Source: an uncultured Candidatus Saccharibacteria bacterium
GTDB taxonomy: Bacteria > Patescibacteriota > Doudnabacteria > UBA920
Length of the DNA stretch: 64,000 bases
Assembly (NCBI GenBank): GCA_964436545.1
Contig: CAYTCJ010000005.1
Span: 12,713 to 76,712 of the forward strand
Direction: 5' to 3'
Positions 20,557 through 30,325 of this stretch are shown piece by piece (position 1 is the first letter of the stretch; each line of letters starts with the position of its first letter). A program made the translations under genes and the position numbers. The notes beneath the pieces were generated by a model. That model searched no databases and was not told where the DNA came from. It worked only from the letters and a program-made list of their open reading frames with translations.

Positions 20557-21786
20557 ATGTATAAACACAATACTTATTGTCGGATTTGCAAATCTCAAAA
20601 TTTGGTAAAATTTTTAGATTTGGGCAATCAACCTTTAGCCAATTCATTTTTAAAAACTAAGAGTCAATTCGCCCATGAACCAAAGTATCCTTTGGCGGTT
20701 TATTTTTGCGAGGATTGTAATTTGGCTCAACTGTTAGATGTGGTGAGCAAGGAAGAAATGTTTTCCGATTATATTTATTTTACTTCCGGGATGCCTAAAA
20801 TTTCCAACCATTTTAAAGCTTACGCCGAGGATATTATGGCTCGTTTTTTAAAGGCCGGAGAATTGGTGGTGGAAATCGCCAGTAACGATGGTATCTTGTT
20901 GAAATTTTTTCAGGATGCGGGTTTCAGAGCCTTGGGTGTGGACCCGGCAGTAAACGTGGTAAAGACTGCGGAAAAATTGGGTGTTAAGACGATTGTGGAT
21001 TTTTTTAGCGAACAGGTAGCAGAATCCATTGTGCAGACACAGGGTAAAGCTAAGGCAATTTTAGCTAACAACGTTGTAGCTCATATAGACGATCATCATG
21101 ACCTGGCCCTCGGAGTGGCAAAGCTTTTGGCAGAGGATGGGGTTTTTGTTTTGGAAGCGCCTTATTTGGTGGATATGTTTGAAAATTTAACTTATGACAC
21201 GATTTACCACGAGCATTTGTCTTTTTTGGCAGTCAGGCCCTTAAAAAAATTATTTGCACAGTTTGGTTTAGAAATTTTTGATGTTGAGGTAAATGCGGTT
21301 CAAGGACAATCTTTACGAGTTTTTATTGGACATTCAGGCAAGCACAGTCTTTCGCCCAATGTACAAAAATATATGGAGTTAGAGCAGTCCATGGGCCTTG
21401 ATCAATTTGCAACCTATCAAAAATTAGCATTAAGAGTGGAGTCGCAAAAACAACAATTGGTTAAATTACTGAACGATTTAAAAGCACAAGGAAAAAAAAT
21501 TTCAGCTTATGGGGCGCCAGCGAAAGGCAATACCATGCTTAATTATTGCCAAATCGGTACAGAAATTTTAGAGTATGTTTTGGAAGATTTACCCGCTAAG
21601 CAAGGTTTGTATACCCCCGGCATGCATATCCCGACTGTTGATGCCGGATATGCGCATAGTCATGAGCCGGATTATTACTTAATGCTTGCTTGGAATTATG
21701 AGAAAGCAATTTTAGAAAAAGAAAAAACATATTTAAGTAAGGGCGGAAAGTTTATTATTCCAGTGGAGGGTATAAGATTAATTTAA
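20557..21786 (+). CDS. NDP-hexose C-methyltransferase-like SAM enzyme, second paralogue
   Basis: CRIC..LGNQPLAN..CEDC, EIASNDG, YHEH, YGAPAKGNT, LAWNY; likely start ATG 20557. Confidence 0.9.
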   Translation: MYKHNTYCRICKSQNLVKFLDLGNQPLANSFLKTKSQFAHEPKYPLAVYFCEDCNLAQLLDVVSKEEMFSDYIYFTSGMPKISNHFKAYAEDIMARFLKAGELVVEIASNDGILLKFFQDAGFRALGVDPAVNVVKTAEKLGVKTIVDFFSEQVAESIVQTQGKAKAILANNVVAHIDDHHDLALGVAKLLAEDGVFVLEAPYLVDMFENLTYDTIYHEHLSFLAVRPLKKLFAQFGLEIFDVEVNAVQGQSLRVFIGHSGKHSLSPNVQKYMELEQSMGLDQFATYQKLALRVESQKQQLVKLLNDLKAQGKKISAYGAPAKGNTMLNYCQIGTEILEYVLEDLPAKQGLYTPGMHIPTVDAGYAHSHEPDYYLMLAWNYEKAILEKEKTYLSKGGKFIIPVEGIRLI

Positions 21787-21790
21787 AAAA

Positions 21791-22873
21791 ATGACAAAGC
21801 TTGCAAAACTTAAAACCCAAAAAATCCCCGCAAAAAATATTTTAGTAACCGGTGGCGCAGGTTTTATTGGCTCAAATTTTATTCGGTATTTATATCACCG
21901 TTACCCCACGTATCGAATTTTTAATTATGATTTGCTAACCTATGCAGGCAATTTAGATAATTTGCGTGATGTGGTTAAATTAGAATCGAATAAAACTAAG
22001 GCTAATAAACGATATTTTTTTATTCAGGGTGATATTGGAGACGAAAAGCTTTTGGATAAATTATTTGCTATGTATAAGTTCGATATTGTAGTAAATTTTG
22101 CTGCCGAAAGTCACGTGGACCGTTCCATTATTAGCTCGCAAAATTTTATTAAGGTTAATGTAATGGGTGTGCATATTTTGATTGACTTAGCCAAAAAATA
22201 TCAGACACCACGGTTTGTTCATATTTCTACCGATGAAATTTACGGGGATATTGGCAAAGGTCAAAGCACAGAAAAATCACATTTAAAGCCTTCTAATCCT
22301 TATGCTGCTTCTAAAGCGGCGGCTGATTTTTTAGTTCAGTCTTATATTCGTACGCACAATTTTCCCGCGGTTATTATGCGGGGGTCAAATAATTTTGGTT
22401 TTTTTCAATATCCTGAAAAGTTGATTCCGCTTGCGATTACTAATCTTTTGGAAGGCCGGTTAGTACCGATTCATGGCGGGGGACATCATGTAAGAACGTG
22501 GCTTCATGTGGAAGATTTTTGCAGTGCTATAGATTTAGCAATGCATCGGGCTAAAAATGGAAGCATTTATAATGTTGCGGGATTGCCAAAAAAGAACCGA
22601 GATATTATTAAGGAAATTTGTCGTATGCTTGGTAAAGATTTTAATACTCACGTTCGGTTTGTATCCGATCGTCCGGGTGCGGATTTCCGCTATGCCCCCA
22701 CGGCTTCAAAATTAGAAAAAGAATTAGGTTGGCAACCCGTAAAGAGTATTAACACTAATTTGCAGGAAATTGTAAAATGGTATAGAGAGAATCATACTTG
22801 GTGGGAAAAAATAAAAAAGCAAAAAGAATTTTTGGACCATTATCATAAACAGTCACGCGCTTTGTATTATTAG
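21791..22873 (+). CDS. rmlB: dTDP-glucose 4,6-dehydratase
   Basis: TGGAGFIGSN, LTYAGN, AAESHVDRS, STDE, PYAASK, YPEKLIP. Confidence 0.92.
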   Translation: MTKLAKLKTQKIPAKNILVTGGAGFIGSNFIRYLYHRYPTYRIFNYDLLTYAGNLDNLRDVVKLESNKTKANKRYFFIQGDIGDEKLLDKLFAMYKFDIVVNFAAESHVDRSIISSQNFIKVNVMGVHILIDLAKKYQTPRFVHISTDEIYGDIGKGQSTEKSHLKPSNPYAASKAAADFLVQSYIRTHNFPAVIMRGSNNFGFFQYPEKLIPLAITNLLEGRLVPIHGGGHHVRTWLHVEDFCSAIDLAMHRAKNGSIYNVAGLPKKNRDIIKEICRMLGKDFNTHVRFVSDRPGADFRYAPTASKLEKELGWQPVKSINTNLQEIVKWYRENHTWWEKIKKQKEFLDHYHKQSRALYY

Positions 22874-22891
22874 CTTCATAAATCGGGTTTT

Positions 22892-23992
22892 ATGGTTGTA
22901 TCAAAAAAATTTTGGAAAAATCGAAAAGTTTTAATAACCGGCGCCAGTGGTTTTGTGGGTTCTAAATTAAGTTTGGCTCTATTTAATTTAGGTGCTCAAG
23001 TAATTGCGGTAGTCCGCCCAGGCACGCAGAAAAGTTCTTTATCCGGCATAAGTGCCAAAATTAAAATTACTGCTTGCAATCTTTCAGATATGGAGCAGGT
23101 TAAAAAACTTTTTCTAAATCAGACTATAGACACTGTCTTTCATCTCGCCGCTTCTCCCATAGTAAGTCAAGTAGCCATGCAACCTCATTTGAGTGTGGAA
23201 AATAACGTATTAAGTACTTTAAATATCTTGGAGGTTTGTCGGCTGAATAAAGTTAAACGAGTGCTGTTAGCATCTTCGGACAAGGTTTATGGTGAACATG
23301 CCAAAACAGAATTAGAATCTTTACCGTTTAAAGAAAGTTATGCTTTAAGAGGTTTAGATATATATAGCGCCTCTAAAGTTTGCGCTGATACTTTAGCACA
23401 AGCTTACGCCTATCAGTATAGAATGTTAGTGGCGGTTTTAAGGTGTGGTAATATTTATGGACCCGGGGATGTGAATTTTACTAGGCTGATTCCCAGAACC
23501 ATTATGCTCCTTTTGTCGGGACGCGCACCGGTAATTAAAGCCGGTCATGAGAAAGTTTTGCGGGAATATTTGTACATAGATGATGCCGTCAGCGCCTATA
23601 TTTTTTTAGCGGAAAAATTAGAAACTTATTACGGATTGAATTTACAGAATATGCCTAAGGTCGGCAAACAAACTTATGGTTGGTTGGCGTTTAATGTGGG
23701 CTCTTACAATCGAAGCCAAACGAAAAAGTTATCAAGTTGTACTAACATTCAAAACGTTACACAAATTATAAAGCTTTTATCTAAGAAAATTAGGTTTATT
23801 CAGCCGGTTGTAGTTTTAAAACCCCCCAAGTATATTGAAATACCCAATGAATATTTAGATTCCACAAAAATATTACAACTGGGTTTTAAAACCAGAGTTA
23901 CTTTGGAGCAGGGGATTGAAAATTCGGTGGTTTGGTATAAAGATAATTTTCAATCATTAAAATCGAAATTTTTGAAACAGGTTTCAGCCTAA
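22892..23992 (+). CDS. NDP-sugar dehydratase/epimerase (RfbG-like extended SDR)
   Basis: FWKNRKVLITGASGFVG, SSDKVY, YSASK, NIYGPGD. Confidence 0.8.
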   Translation: MVVSKKFWKNRKVLITGASGFVGSKLSLALFNLGAQVIAVVRPGTQKSSLSGISAKIKITACNLSDMEQVKKLFLNQTIDTVFHLAASPIVSQVAMQPHLSVENNVLSTLNILEVCRLNKVKRVLLASSDKVYGEHAKTELESLPFKESYALRGLDIYSASKVCADTLAQAYAYQYRMLVAVLRCGNIYGPGDVNFTRLIPRTIMLLLSGRAPVIKAGHEKVLREYLYIDDAVSAYIFLAEKLETYYGLNLQNMPKVGKQTYGWLAFNVGSYNRSQTKKLSSCTNIQNVTQIIKLLSKKIRFIQPVVVLKPPKYIEIPNEYLDSTKILQLGFKTRVTLEQGIENSVVWYKDNFQSLKSKFLKQVSA

Positions 23993-24007
23993 AGTTTTTT
24001 AAAGTAT

Positions 24008-24868
24008 ATGAAAAAGGTTTTAATTTTGGGAAGTGAAGGTCAGTTAGGGTTCGATAGTGCCCAGCTTTTTAAAAATGAGTATCTTGTTGCTCAGTATAAT
24101 CATAGAGAAGCGGATATTACCAATTGGCAAAATTTAAATAGTATAGTTAGCCTCGAAAAGCCGGATTTTATAATTAACGCCACAGCCTATAATAAAGTGG
24201 AAGTGGCGGAAACCGATAGCGATACGGCTTTTGCGGTGAATGCGAAAGGTGTGGAAAATTTAGTCAACGTCAGTAAAGCGGTCGGTGCTATTTTGGTACA
24301 TGTAAGTACAGACTATGTATTTGATGGGAGTAAAGATTTTTTTGTGGAAAATGATATACCCCATCCTTTAAACGTTTATGGCAAATCCAAATTAGATGGG
24401 GAGAAGTATGTTCAAGAAAGCGGTTTAAATTATTACCTCATTAGGACGAGTTCGGTGTTTGGTGCCAAACCAAGCAGTCAGAAACAAAATTTTGTAGATA
24501 AAATGATTAGCTTGGCGAAAGCCGGACAGACATTAAAAGTAGTAGATGATCAAATTATGAGTCCCACTTATTCTTTAGACTTAGCTTTTAAAATTAAAGA
24601 ATTGATAGCAAAGCCTGCGCCGTTTGGGTTATACCATATCACAAATCAGGGGAGCTGTAGTTGGTATGAGTTGGCAAAAAAAAGTTTGGAAATAATGCAG
24701 ATTAATGCTACAATAGAGCCAATTAATTCTAAAGATTCAGGGAGTAAAGTGAACAGACCTAAAAGAAGCGTGCTAAAGAATTTAGCTTTAGAGCAGGTAG
24801 GTATTAAACCTATGCCTTTATGGCAAGACGCCCTCTTAAGGTATTTAAAAGAAAAGTATAATGTATGA
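24008..24868 (+). CDS. rmlD: dTDP-4-dehydrorhamnose reductase
   Basis: GSEGQLG, STDYVFDG, YGKSK, DDQIMSPT. Confidence 0.92.
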   Translation: MKKVLILGSEGQLGFDSAQLFKNEYLVAQYNHREADITNWQNLNSIVSLEKPDFIINATAYNKVEVAETDSDTAFAVNAKGVENLVNVSKAVGAILVHVSTDYVFDGSKDFFVENDIPHPLNVYGKSKLDGEKYVQESGLNYYLIRTSSVFGAKPSSQKQNFVDKMISLAKAGQTLKVVDDQIMSPTYSLDLAFKIKELIAKPAPFGLYHITNQGSCSWYELAKKSLEIMQINATIEPINSKDSGSKVNRPKRSVLKNLALEQVGIKPMPLWQDALLRYLKEKYNV

Positions 24869-25674
24869 TTTATCCTTTACTAAAAGCAATGGGGAGTGAT
24901 TATTCCATTGGTGTGGTGACTTACGTAAAACGGTTTGAAACTTATTTCAAACCGTTGGTTTTATCTTTGGAAAAATATTTTCCCGGAGTAGAAAAGAATT
25001 ATGTATTAAACGGATTTTATGATCCGGTTATTCAAGAGCAGTATGTAAAAGAGGCTAAGGAATTTTTAAAAGGCACTTCGGCTTCTAATGTTATAGCGTA
25101 TAACGAAAGCCAACCTTTGGCACGCTGTTTTAATCAGTTAATTTTACATTCCTCCGGAAAAAAAGTTTTAATTTTAAATGACGATTTGTTGGTTAGGGCT
25201 TGGTTTCGTCCGTGTTTGGAGATGCAAATGTGGCCGTTTGAGAATGGGGTGGTGAATAATACTTGGAGCATTAGTTGGCTTTCCAAGGAAACGGTTAGAA
25301 AAGTGGGCTGGTTTGACGAAAGATTTCCAGCCATTGGTAATGAAGACGGCGATTATGGGATGCGAATTGCTTTACAAAAAGGTCAAAAAGCAATGCAAGT
25401 TTTGCACCAACATAATATTTACTGCTTCGGCATTACCAATGTAGTTGCGGGCAATACGGATCCGGGTTGGAAAAAAGATTCTGCTATAATTGGCAGTGGT
25501 TATGCGCAAGCCAATAAAGATTATTTTGATAAGAAATGGGAAACGAGTAAAAATTTTTTAGAAAACTCAGTTTGTTTACAAGGAGTGTATTATCGAATCC
25601 GTCCCGGTTTTGAAACCCCGCAATTTTACGAATACAAGTTATTAGATAATCCTTTAAAATCCCCGGTAAAATAG
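24865..25674 (+). CDS. GT2-like glycosyltransferase
   Basis: LILNDD, VGWFDERF, EDGDY. Confidence 0.7.
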   Translation: MIYPLLKAMGSDYSIGVVTYVKRFETYFKPLVLSLEKYFPGVEKNYVLNGFYDPVIQEQYVKEAKEFLKGTSASNVIAYNESQPLARCFNQLILHSSGKKVLILNDDLLVRAWFRPCLEMQMWPFENGVVNNTWSISWLSKETVRKVGWFDERFPAIGNEDGDYGMRIALQKGQKAMQVLHQHNIYCFGITNVVAGNTDPGWKKDSAIIGSGYAQANKDYFDKKWETSKNFLENSVCLQGVYYRIRPGFETPQFYEYKLLDNPLKSPVK

Positions 25675-25675
25675 T

Positions 25676-25720
25676 TGAAAGCCCCGCCCTTTGCTGACAA
25701 AGAGCGGGGCTTTAAATTTT
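25676..25720 (+). terminator. Probable terminator hairpin
   Basis: AAAGCCCCGC...GCGGGGCTTT followed by AAATTTT. Confidence 0.55.
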
Positions 25721-25745
25721 CAGTTAGAAATGGTATTATGGGATT

Positions 25746-26894
25746 ATGTCAAAAACGTTTATTTACCCAAGAACACAGTGTCCGGTTTGTGAAACCACCC
25801 AGCTTCCAGGAGCGATTTTACCCCATAAACATTTACCTTTTCCGCTTTTGCCGGTGTGCGTAGACACGCCTCAAAGCCAAGATGAATTTGCACCTTTTAG
25901 TATTACCATTTGCGAAAAGTGTGGACTGATTCAATTAGTGGATGTGGCTGATCCGGTAGTTTTATATAAAATTTTTCATTCCGATGGTATTGGTAAAGTT
26001 TGGGAAGAGCATTATGAAAAATTTTCTCGTCTTATATTCAAACATCATACTGGGGGAAGTCTGCTTGAGATTGGCTCCGGTCAGGGTAAGTTGATGAAAA
26101 AGTTATTAGAGCATTACCAGACCGGTATGGAAGTGATTGATCCGCAATACGAAGGCCCGAAAGAAAACGTGGTAGTGCATCCTACTTTGCTCAATGCTGA
26201 ATTTGCGTTACAGAATAAAAATAAGTTTTCTGCCGTGGTTTCTTCTCATACATTAGAACATTTTATAGACTTCAATGATTATTTTAGAGATGCTTGGCAG
26301 GTGTTAACCGCCGGCGGATTGCTGTTTACTTCGGTGCCAAATCAGGAGTCAAATTTTGCCAAAGGTTATGGTAATCAATTGAATTTTGAACATCCATCTA
26401 TTTGTACCAATGCCCATTGGCAATATTTACATTATAAAAATGGGTTTGAAATCAAGGAGCTTAGTTTTTTTAAAGATCATTCTGTGCAAATTGTAGCCAA
26501 AAAAGTGGAAAAAGCTATGGAGTTTAATTTAGATGTCAAAGAATTGTCCTTTGCTATTTTAAAACAGTATGAACATAGCATTCAGAATCGGATAAAAATT
26601 ATTTTAGATCAGGCAAAGCCTAACAAGCAGAATTGGATTTTTGGTGCCAGTAATTTTACTCAGCCTTTGTTTGTGTATGGGCTTGATGAAAAAATTTTTA
26701 CCGGGGTTATGGATAACAGTCCACTCAAACACAACAAGCGTCTTTACGGTACATCGTTAATCTGCCGAAAACCCGAAGAGGTGCTTAAAGAGTCGGAAAA
26801 TCTGAGAATATTTTTAAATATCGGACAATATAACATTGAAGTTCAAGAGCAACTATTGGCCATAAATAAAACTCTCGAATTAATTATGCTGTAA
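25746..26894 (+). CDS. Class I SAM methyltransferase, divergent C-methyltransferase-like
   Basis: CPVC..CEKC, EIGSGQG, HTLEH, FEH, FGAS, DNSPLK. Confidence 0.75.
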   Translation: MSKTFIYPRTQCPVCETTQLPGAILPHKHLPFPLLPVCVDTPQSQDEFAPFSITICEKCGLIQLVDVADPVVLYKIFHSDGIGKVWEEHYEKFSRLIFKHHTGGSLLEIGSGQGKLMKKLLEHYQTGMEVIDPQYEGPKENVVVHPTLLNAEFALQNKNKFSAVVSSHTLEHFIDFNDYFRDAWQVLTAGGLLFTSVPNQESNFAKGYGNQLNFEHPSICTNAHWQYLHYKNGFEIKELSFFKDHSVQIVAKKVEKAMEFNLDVKELSFAILKQYEHSIQNRIKIILDQAKPNKQNWIFGASNFTQPLFVYGLDEKIFTGVMDNSPLKHNKRLYGTSLICRKPEEVLKESENLRIFLNIGQYNIEVQEQLLAINKTLELIML

Positions 26895-26895
26895 T

Positions 26896-27624
26896 ATGGT
26901 TAACTTTAAAGTTTTAATTACCACTTCTGGGATAGGTTCTCGTTTAGGGGAACTAACTAAGCATACAAATAAGGCATTAATAAAAGTCGCGGGCAAACCG
27001 GCGATTGATTATATTATAGAAAGTTATCCAAAAGATGTGGAGTTTGTGGTCACTATTGGCTATTTAAAAGAACAGGTTAGGGATTATTTAAAAAGTCGAT
27101 TTCCCAGTCATAAATTTACTTTTGCTGAAGTAGATAAGTTTGATGGACTCGGCACGAGTATGGGTTATTCTATACTTCAAGCCAGACAATATTTAACTTG
27201 CCCGTTTATTATTCAATGTAATGATACTTTGGTGTTTGAACCGATTTTAGATCCCAATCTGGAAAATTGGAATGCCGGCACCTTTGGTTCATCTGCTGTA
27301 TCTTATACTTCTTTTAAAATAGTTGGAGATCGCATTTCCAAAATAGCGGATAAAGGCGCCGTGGATTATGATTTGTTGCATATTGGCTTTGTCGGGATAA
27401 AAGATCATGAATTGTTTTGGGAATGTTTGGCAGAACTCTATCATAAAAATCCTAATGATAGCGTGTTAAACGATACCCGCACTATGAATGTTATGATGGA
27501 CAGGGGTGCTACTTTTAAACCCGTGGAATATAAGTTATGGTTGGATATCGGCAATCCGCATGCTCTCAAAGAGACAGAAAAATATTTACTTGCCCATCCT
27601 AATTTACTAACACCTAACACCTAA
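26896..27624 (+). CDS. Sugar-phosphate nucleotidyltransferase
   Basis: SGIGSRLGELTKHTNKAL signature; WLDIG. Confidence 0.85.
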   Translation: MVNFKVLITTSGIGSRLGELTKHTNKALIKVAGKPAIDYIIESYPKDVEFVVTIGYLKEQVRDYLKSRFPSHKFTFAEVDKFDGLGTSMGYSILQARQYLTCPFIIQCNDTLVFEPILDPNLENWNAGTFGSSAVSYTSFKIVGDRISKIADKGAVDYDLLHIGFVGIKDHELFWECLAELYHKNPNDSVLNDTRTMNVMMDRGATFKPVEYKLWLDIGNPHALKETEKYLLAHPNLLTPNT

Positions 27625-27642
27625 TCACTAATACCTATTCTT

Positions 27643-29229
27643 ATGACAGAACAAACTTATAAAGTTTTAATCACCACTTCCGGAGTAGGCAGGGATTTGG
27701 GTGAATTTACTAAACACGCTAACCAGAGTTTAGTTAGGTTGGCGCATAAGCCGATTTTGGCGCACATTGTTGAGCTTTACCCCAAAGAGGTGGAAATCGT
27801 TGTGACTTTAGGTTATTTTGGAAGTTTGGTAAAAGAATTTTTAACTTTGGTTTATCCCGAGAGAAGGTTTACTTTTGTGGAAGTGGATAAATACGAAGGC
27901 TTGGGTGCCAGCCAAGGTTATTCTATGCTCTGTGCAAAAGAGCATTTGCACTGCCCGTTTATTTTTCATGCCGGAGATACCATAATTAGAGAGCCGGTAC
28001 CTACGCCTTTAATTCGGAATTGGTGCGGGGGTGCTAAGGGGGAAATGAGCGCCAACTACGCTTCCTTTATTGAGTTGGATGAAAAAATTATGGCTTTTAA
28101 TGGTAAGGGTTATCCCGATTTCGATTATTTGTATATTGGATTAGCCGGAATAAAAGATTACGAAAAATTTTGGCAAATTTTGGAAAACTTGTCTCAGCAA
28201 AAACTTAGTAAGCCGTTAAATGATTTGGTGGTTTACAGTGAAATGATTAAGCAAGGGAGTGAATTTTTTTCTGAGCATTTTAAAACTTGGATAGATATTG
28301 GAAATATTGAAAGCTTAAACACAGCTAGAAAAATTTTAGGCGATGAGTTAATTAATCTGGATAAAGCCGAGGAAGCGACTTACATTTTTGAAAATAGCGT
28401 GGTTAAATTTATGGCCCAGCCTCAGGTGGTTAAAGATCGGGTGAGTCGGGCCACCGAGGTTTTATTGGGTTTGGTACCCAAAATTGAGGGGGTAACTGAA
28501 CATTTTTACAAATATAAATTTTCCGTCGGACGTTTATTTTCCAGAGTTGTCACCCCTAACGATTTTGACAGTTTTTTAGCTTGGGCTAATACGCATTTAT
28601 GGCAATTTTCTACCGAAGTTTCCGAAAATAAATTTAAGGAAGTCTGTATGGATTTTTATAAAACCAAGACTTTAAAGCGTTTAGAGGAATTTTATAATTT
28701 GACCGGAATTAAAGATTCGGCACTGGTAATTAATGGGGAAGAGGTTCCGGCTCTAAGTGAAGTTTTGAGCCAATTAGATTTTACTTGGCTCTCTATGGGT
28801 AAACAAACCGGTTTTCACGGCGATTTGATTTTAGATAATATTATTCGCACTCAGGATTCCTATGTATTGTTAGATTGGCGACAAAATTTTGGCGGACTGC
28901 TTAGAAGTGGAGATATGTATTATGATTTAGCCAAATTGAACCATAATTTATCGGTCAGTCACGATATTATTTTTAATAATAATTTTTTAGTGAAAGTTAG
29001 AGGTAAAATTATCCGGTGCGACATTTTAAGAAGTGCCAATTTAGTGGAATGTGAACGGGTGCTACATGAGTTTGTTTTAAAGCAAGGCATGGATTTGCGC
29101 AAAGTTAAAGTTTTAACGGCGATTGCTTGGCTGAATATGTCACCCTTGCATCACCATCCTTATAATTTCTTTTTGTATTATTATGGCAGATTAGCTTTAT
29201 GGCGAGCTTTAAATAATCCATCAACTTGA
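27643..29229 (+). CDS. Fused nucleotidyltransferase-like / APH-choline-kinase-like phosphotransferase
   Basis: N-terminal domain paralogous to the previous gene with a degenerate signature (SGVGRDLG..ANQSL); C-terminal HGDL..DNI, LDWR, YDLAK. Confidence 0.8.
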   Translation: MTEQTYKVLITTSGVGRDLGEFTKHANQSLVRLAHKPILAHIVELYPKEVEIVVTLGYFGSLVKEFLTLVYPERRFTFVEVDKYEGLGASQGYSMLCAKEHLHCPFIFHAGDTIIREPVPTPLIRNWCGGAKGEMSANYASFIELDEKIMAFNGKGYPDFDYLYIGLAGIKDYEKFWQILENLSQQKLSKPLNDLVVYSEMIKQGSEFFSEHFKTWIDIGNIESLNTARKILGDELINLDKAEEATYIFENSVVKFMAQPQVVKDRVSRATEVLLGLVPKIEGVTEHFYKYKFSVGRLFSRVVTPNDFDSFLAWANTHLWQFSTEVSENKFKEVCMDFYKTKTLKRLEEFYNLTGIKDSALVINGEEVPALSEVLSQLDFTWLSMGKQTGFHGDLILDNIIRTQDSYVLLDWRQNFGGLLRSGDMYYDLAKLNHNLSVSHDIIFNNNFLVKVRGKIIRCDILRSANLVECERVLHEFVLKQGMDLRKVKVLTAIAWLNMSPLHHHPYNFFLYYYGRLALWRALNNPST

Positions 29230-29230
29230 T

Positions 29231-30226
29231 ATGCAACACATTAGTAAATTAGGAATTGGGCCTATGAGCCCGGAGATTGTAGAAGGGGTTTTTTCCCATG
29301 CGCAAAATAGCGGAGCACCCTTAATGCTAATTGCGTCAAAAAATCAAATTGATTTTGATGGCGGTTATTGTGGTAATTGGAATACAGCTCAATATGCGGA
29401 ATATCTTAGTAAAATGAAACAGAAGTATCCTAAAGCGCGTGTATTTATTTGCCGAGATCACTGTGGTCCGGGATTTAAGAATGATTCTTTAGCCGATGTG
29501 TATAAAACTATTGATGCCGATATTGAAAATCATTTTGATTTAATTCACGTAGATTTTTGTCATTTTAAGGGTGCCCGGAAAGAATTATTAGAAGAATCCA
29601 AGAAAGCAATTTTGCATATCAAACAACAAAATCCCAAAATTTTGTTGGAAGTTGGTACCGATGAAAATACCGGAGTTTTTTTAGAAGATGTTTCTGCGAT
29701 TGAAAAGGATATGGCGTATTTCTCAAATATTGCCCCGTTAGAATTTTTTGTAGTCCAAACGGGCAGTTTGGTTAAAGAACAAAATCAAGTGGGAGGTTTT
29801 AACCGTGAGTTTATTGAAAAAATAAAACTTATTTCTCAAAAATATCATGTGGGACTTAAGGAGCATAATTGTGATTACATGGAAGGTGATAAGATAAAAC
29901 ACAGGCAAGGTATAATTGACGCAGTCAATGTAGCGCCACAATTCGGAGTATTACAAACCACTTTAACTTTGCAGAAATGTATAACTTACGGCATAGATTT
30001 TACGGACTTTTTAAACGATGCCTACTTGAGCGGAAAATGGAAAAAGTGGATGTATAAACATACGGACAGTAATAAGTACTTATGTTCAGTTTTAGCCGGA
30101 CACTATATTTTTTCTAATTTAAGTTATCGAAAGCTGGTGGAAAAAATTCATCAACACGAAGATTTTAAATTGAGTTTAATGCAGGAATTAGGCAAAAATT
30201 TTGATTTATATTTAAATAATTTATAG
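29231..30226 (+). CDS. GatZ/KbaZ-like TIM-barrel protein (putative ketose-phosphate epimerase)
   Basis: LIASKNQID..GGY, RDHCGP, IHVD, EVGTDE, KEHNCDY, NVAP resemble the GatZ/KbaZ motif series. Confidence 0.7.
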   Translation: MQHISKLGIGPMSPEIVEGVFSHAQNSGAPLMLIASKNQIDFDGGYCGNWNTAQYAEYLSKMKQKYPKARVFICRDHCGPGFKNDSLADVYKTIDADIENHFDLIHVDFCHFKGARKELLEESKKAILHIKQQNPKILLEVGTDENTGVFLEDVSAIEKDMAYFSNIAPLEFFVVQTGSLVKEQNQVGGFNREFIEKIKLISQKYHVGLKEHNCDYMEGDKIKHRQGIIDAVNVAPQFGVLQTTLTLQKCITYGIDFTDFLNDAYLSGKWKKWMYKHTDSNKYLCSVLAGHYIFSNLSYRKLVEKIHQHEDFKLSLMQELGKNFDLYLNNL

Positions 30227-30260
30227 TAGAGTATATCGCAAATTTGTTGGCGAGTTGATA

Positions 30261-30297
30261 AGGACGGTCTTCTGGGACTTTCCCAGAAGACCGTCCT
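30261..30297. repeat. Perfect 17-bp intergenic inverted repeat
   Basis: AGGACGGTCTTCTGGGA-CTT-TCCCAGAAGACCGTCCT; no U tract. Confidence 0.9.
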
Positions 30298-30325
30298 CAT
30301 CTAAAAGAGTCAAAGGTTTAAAATT

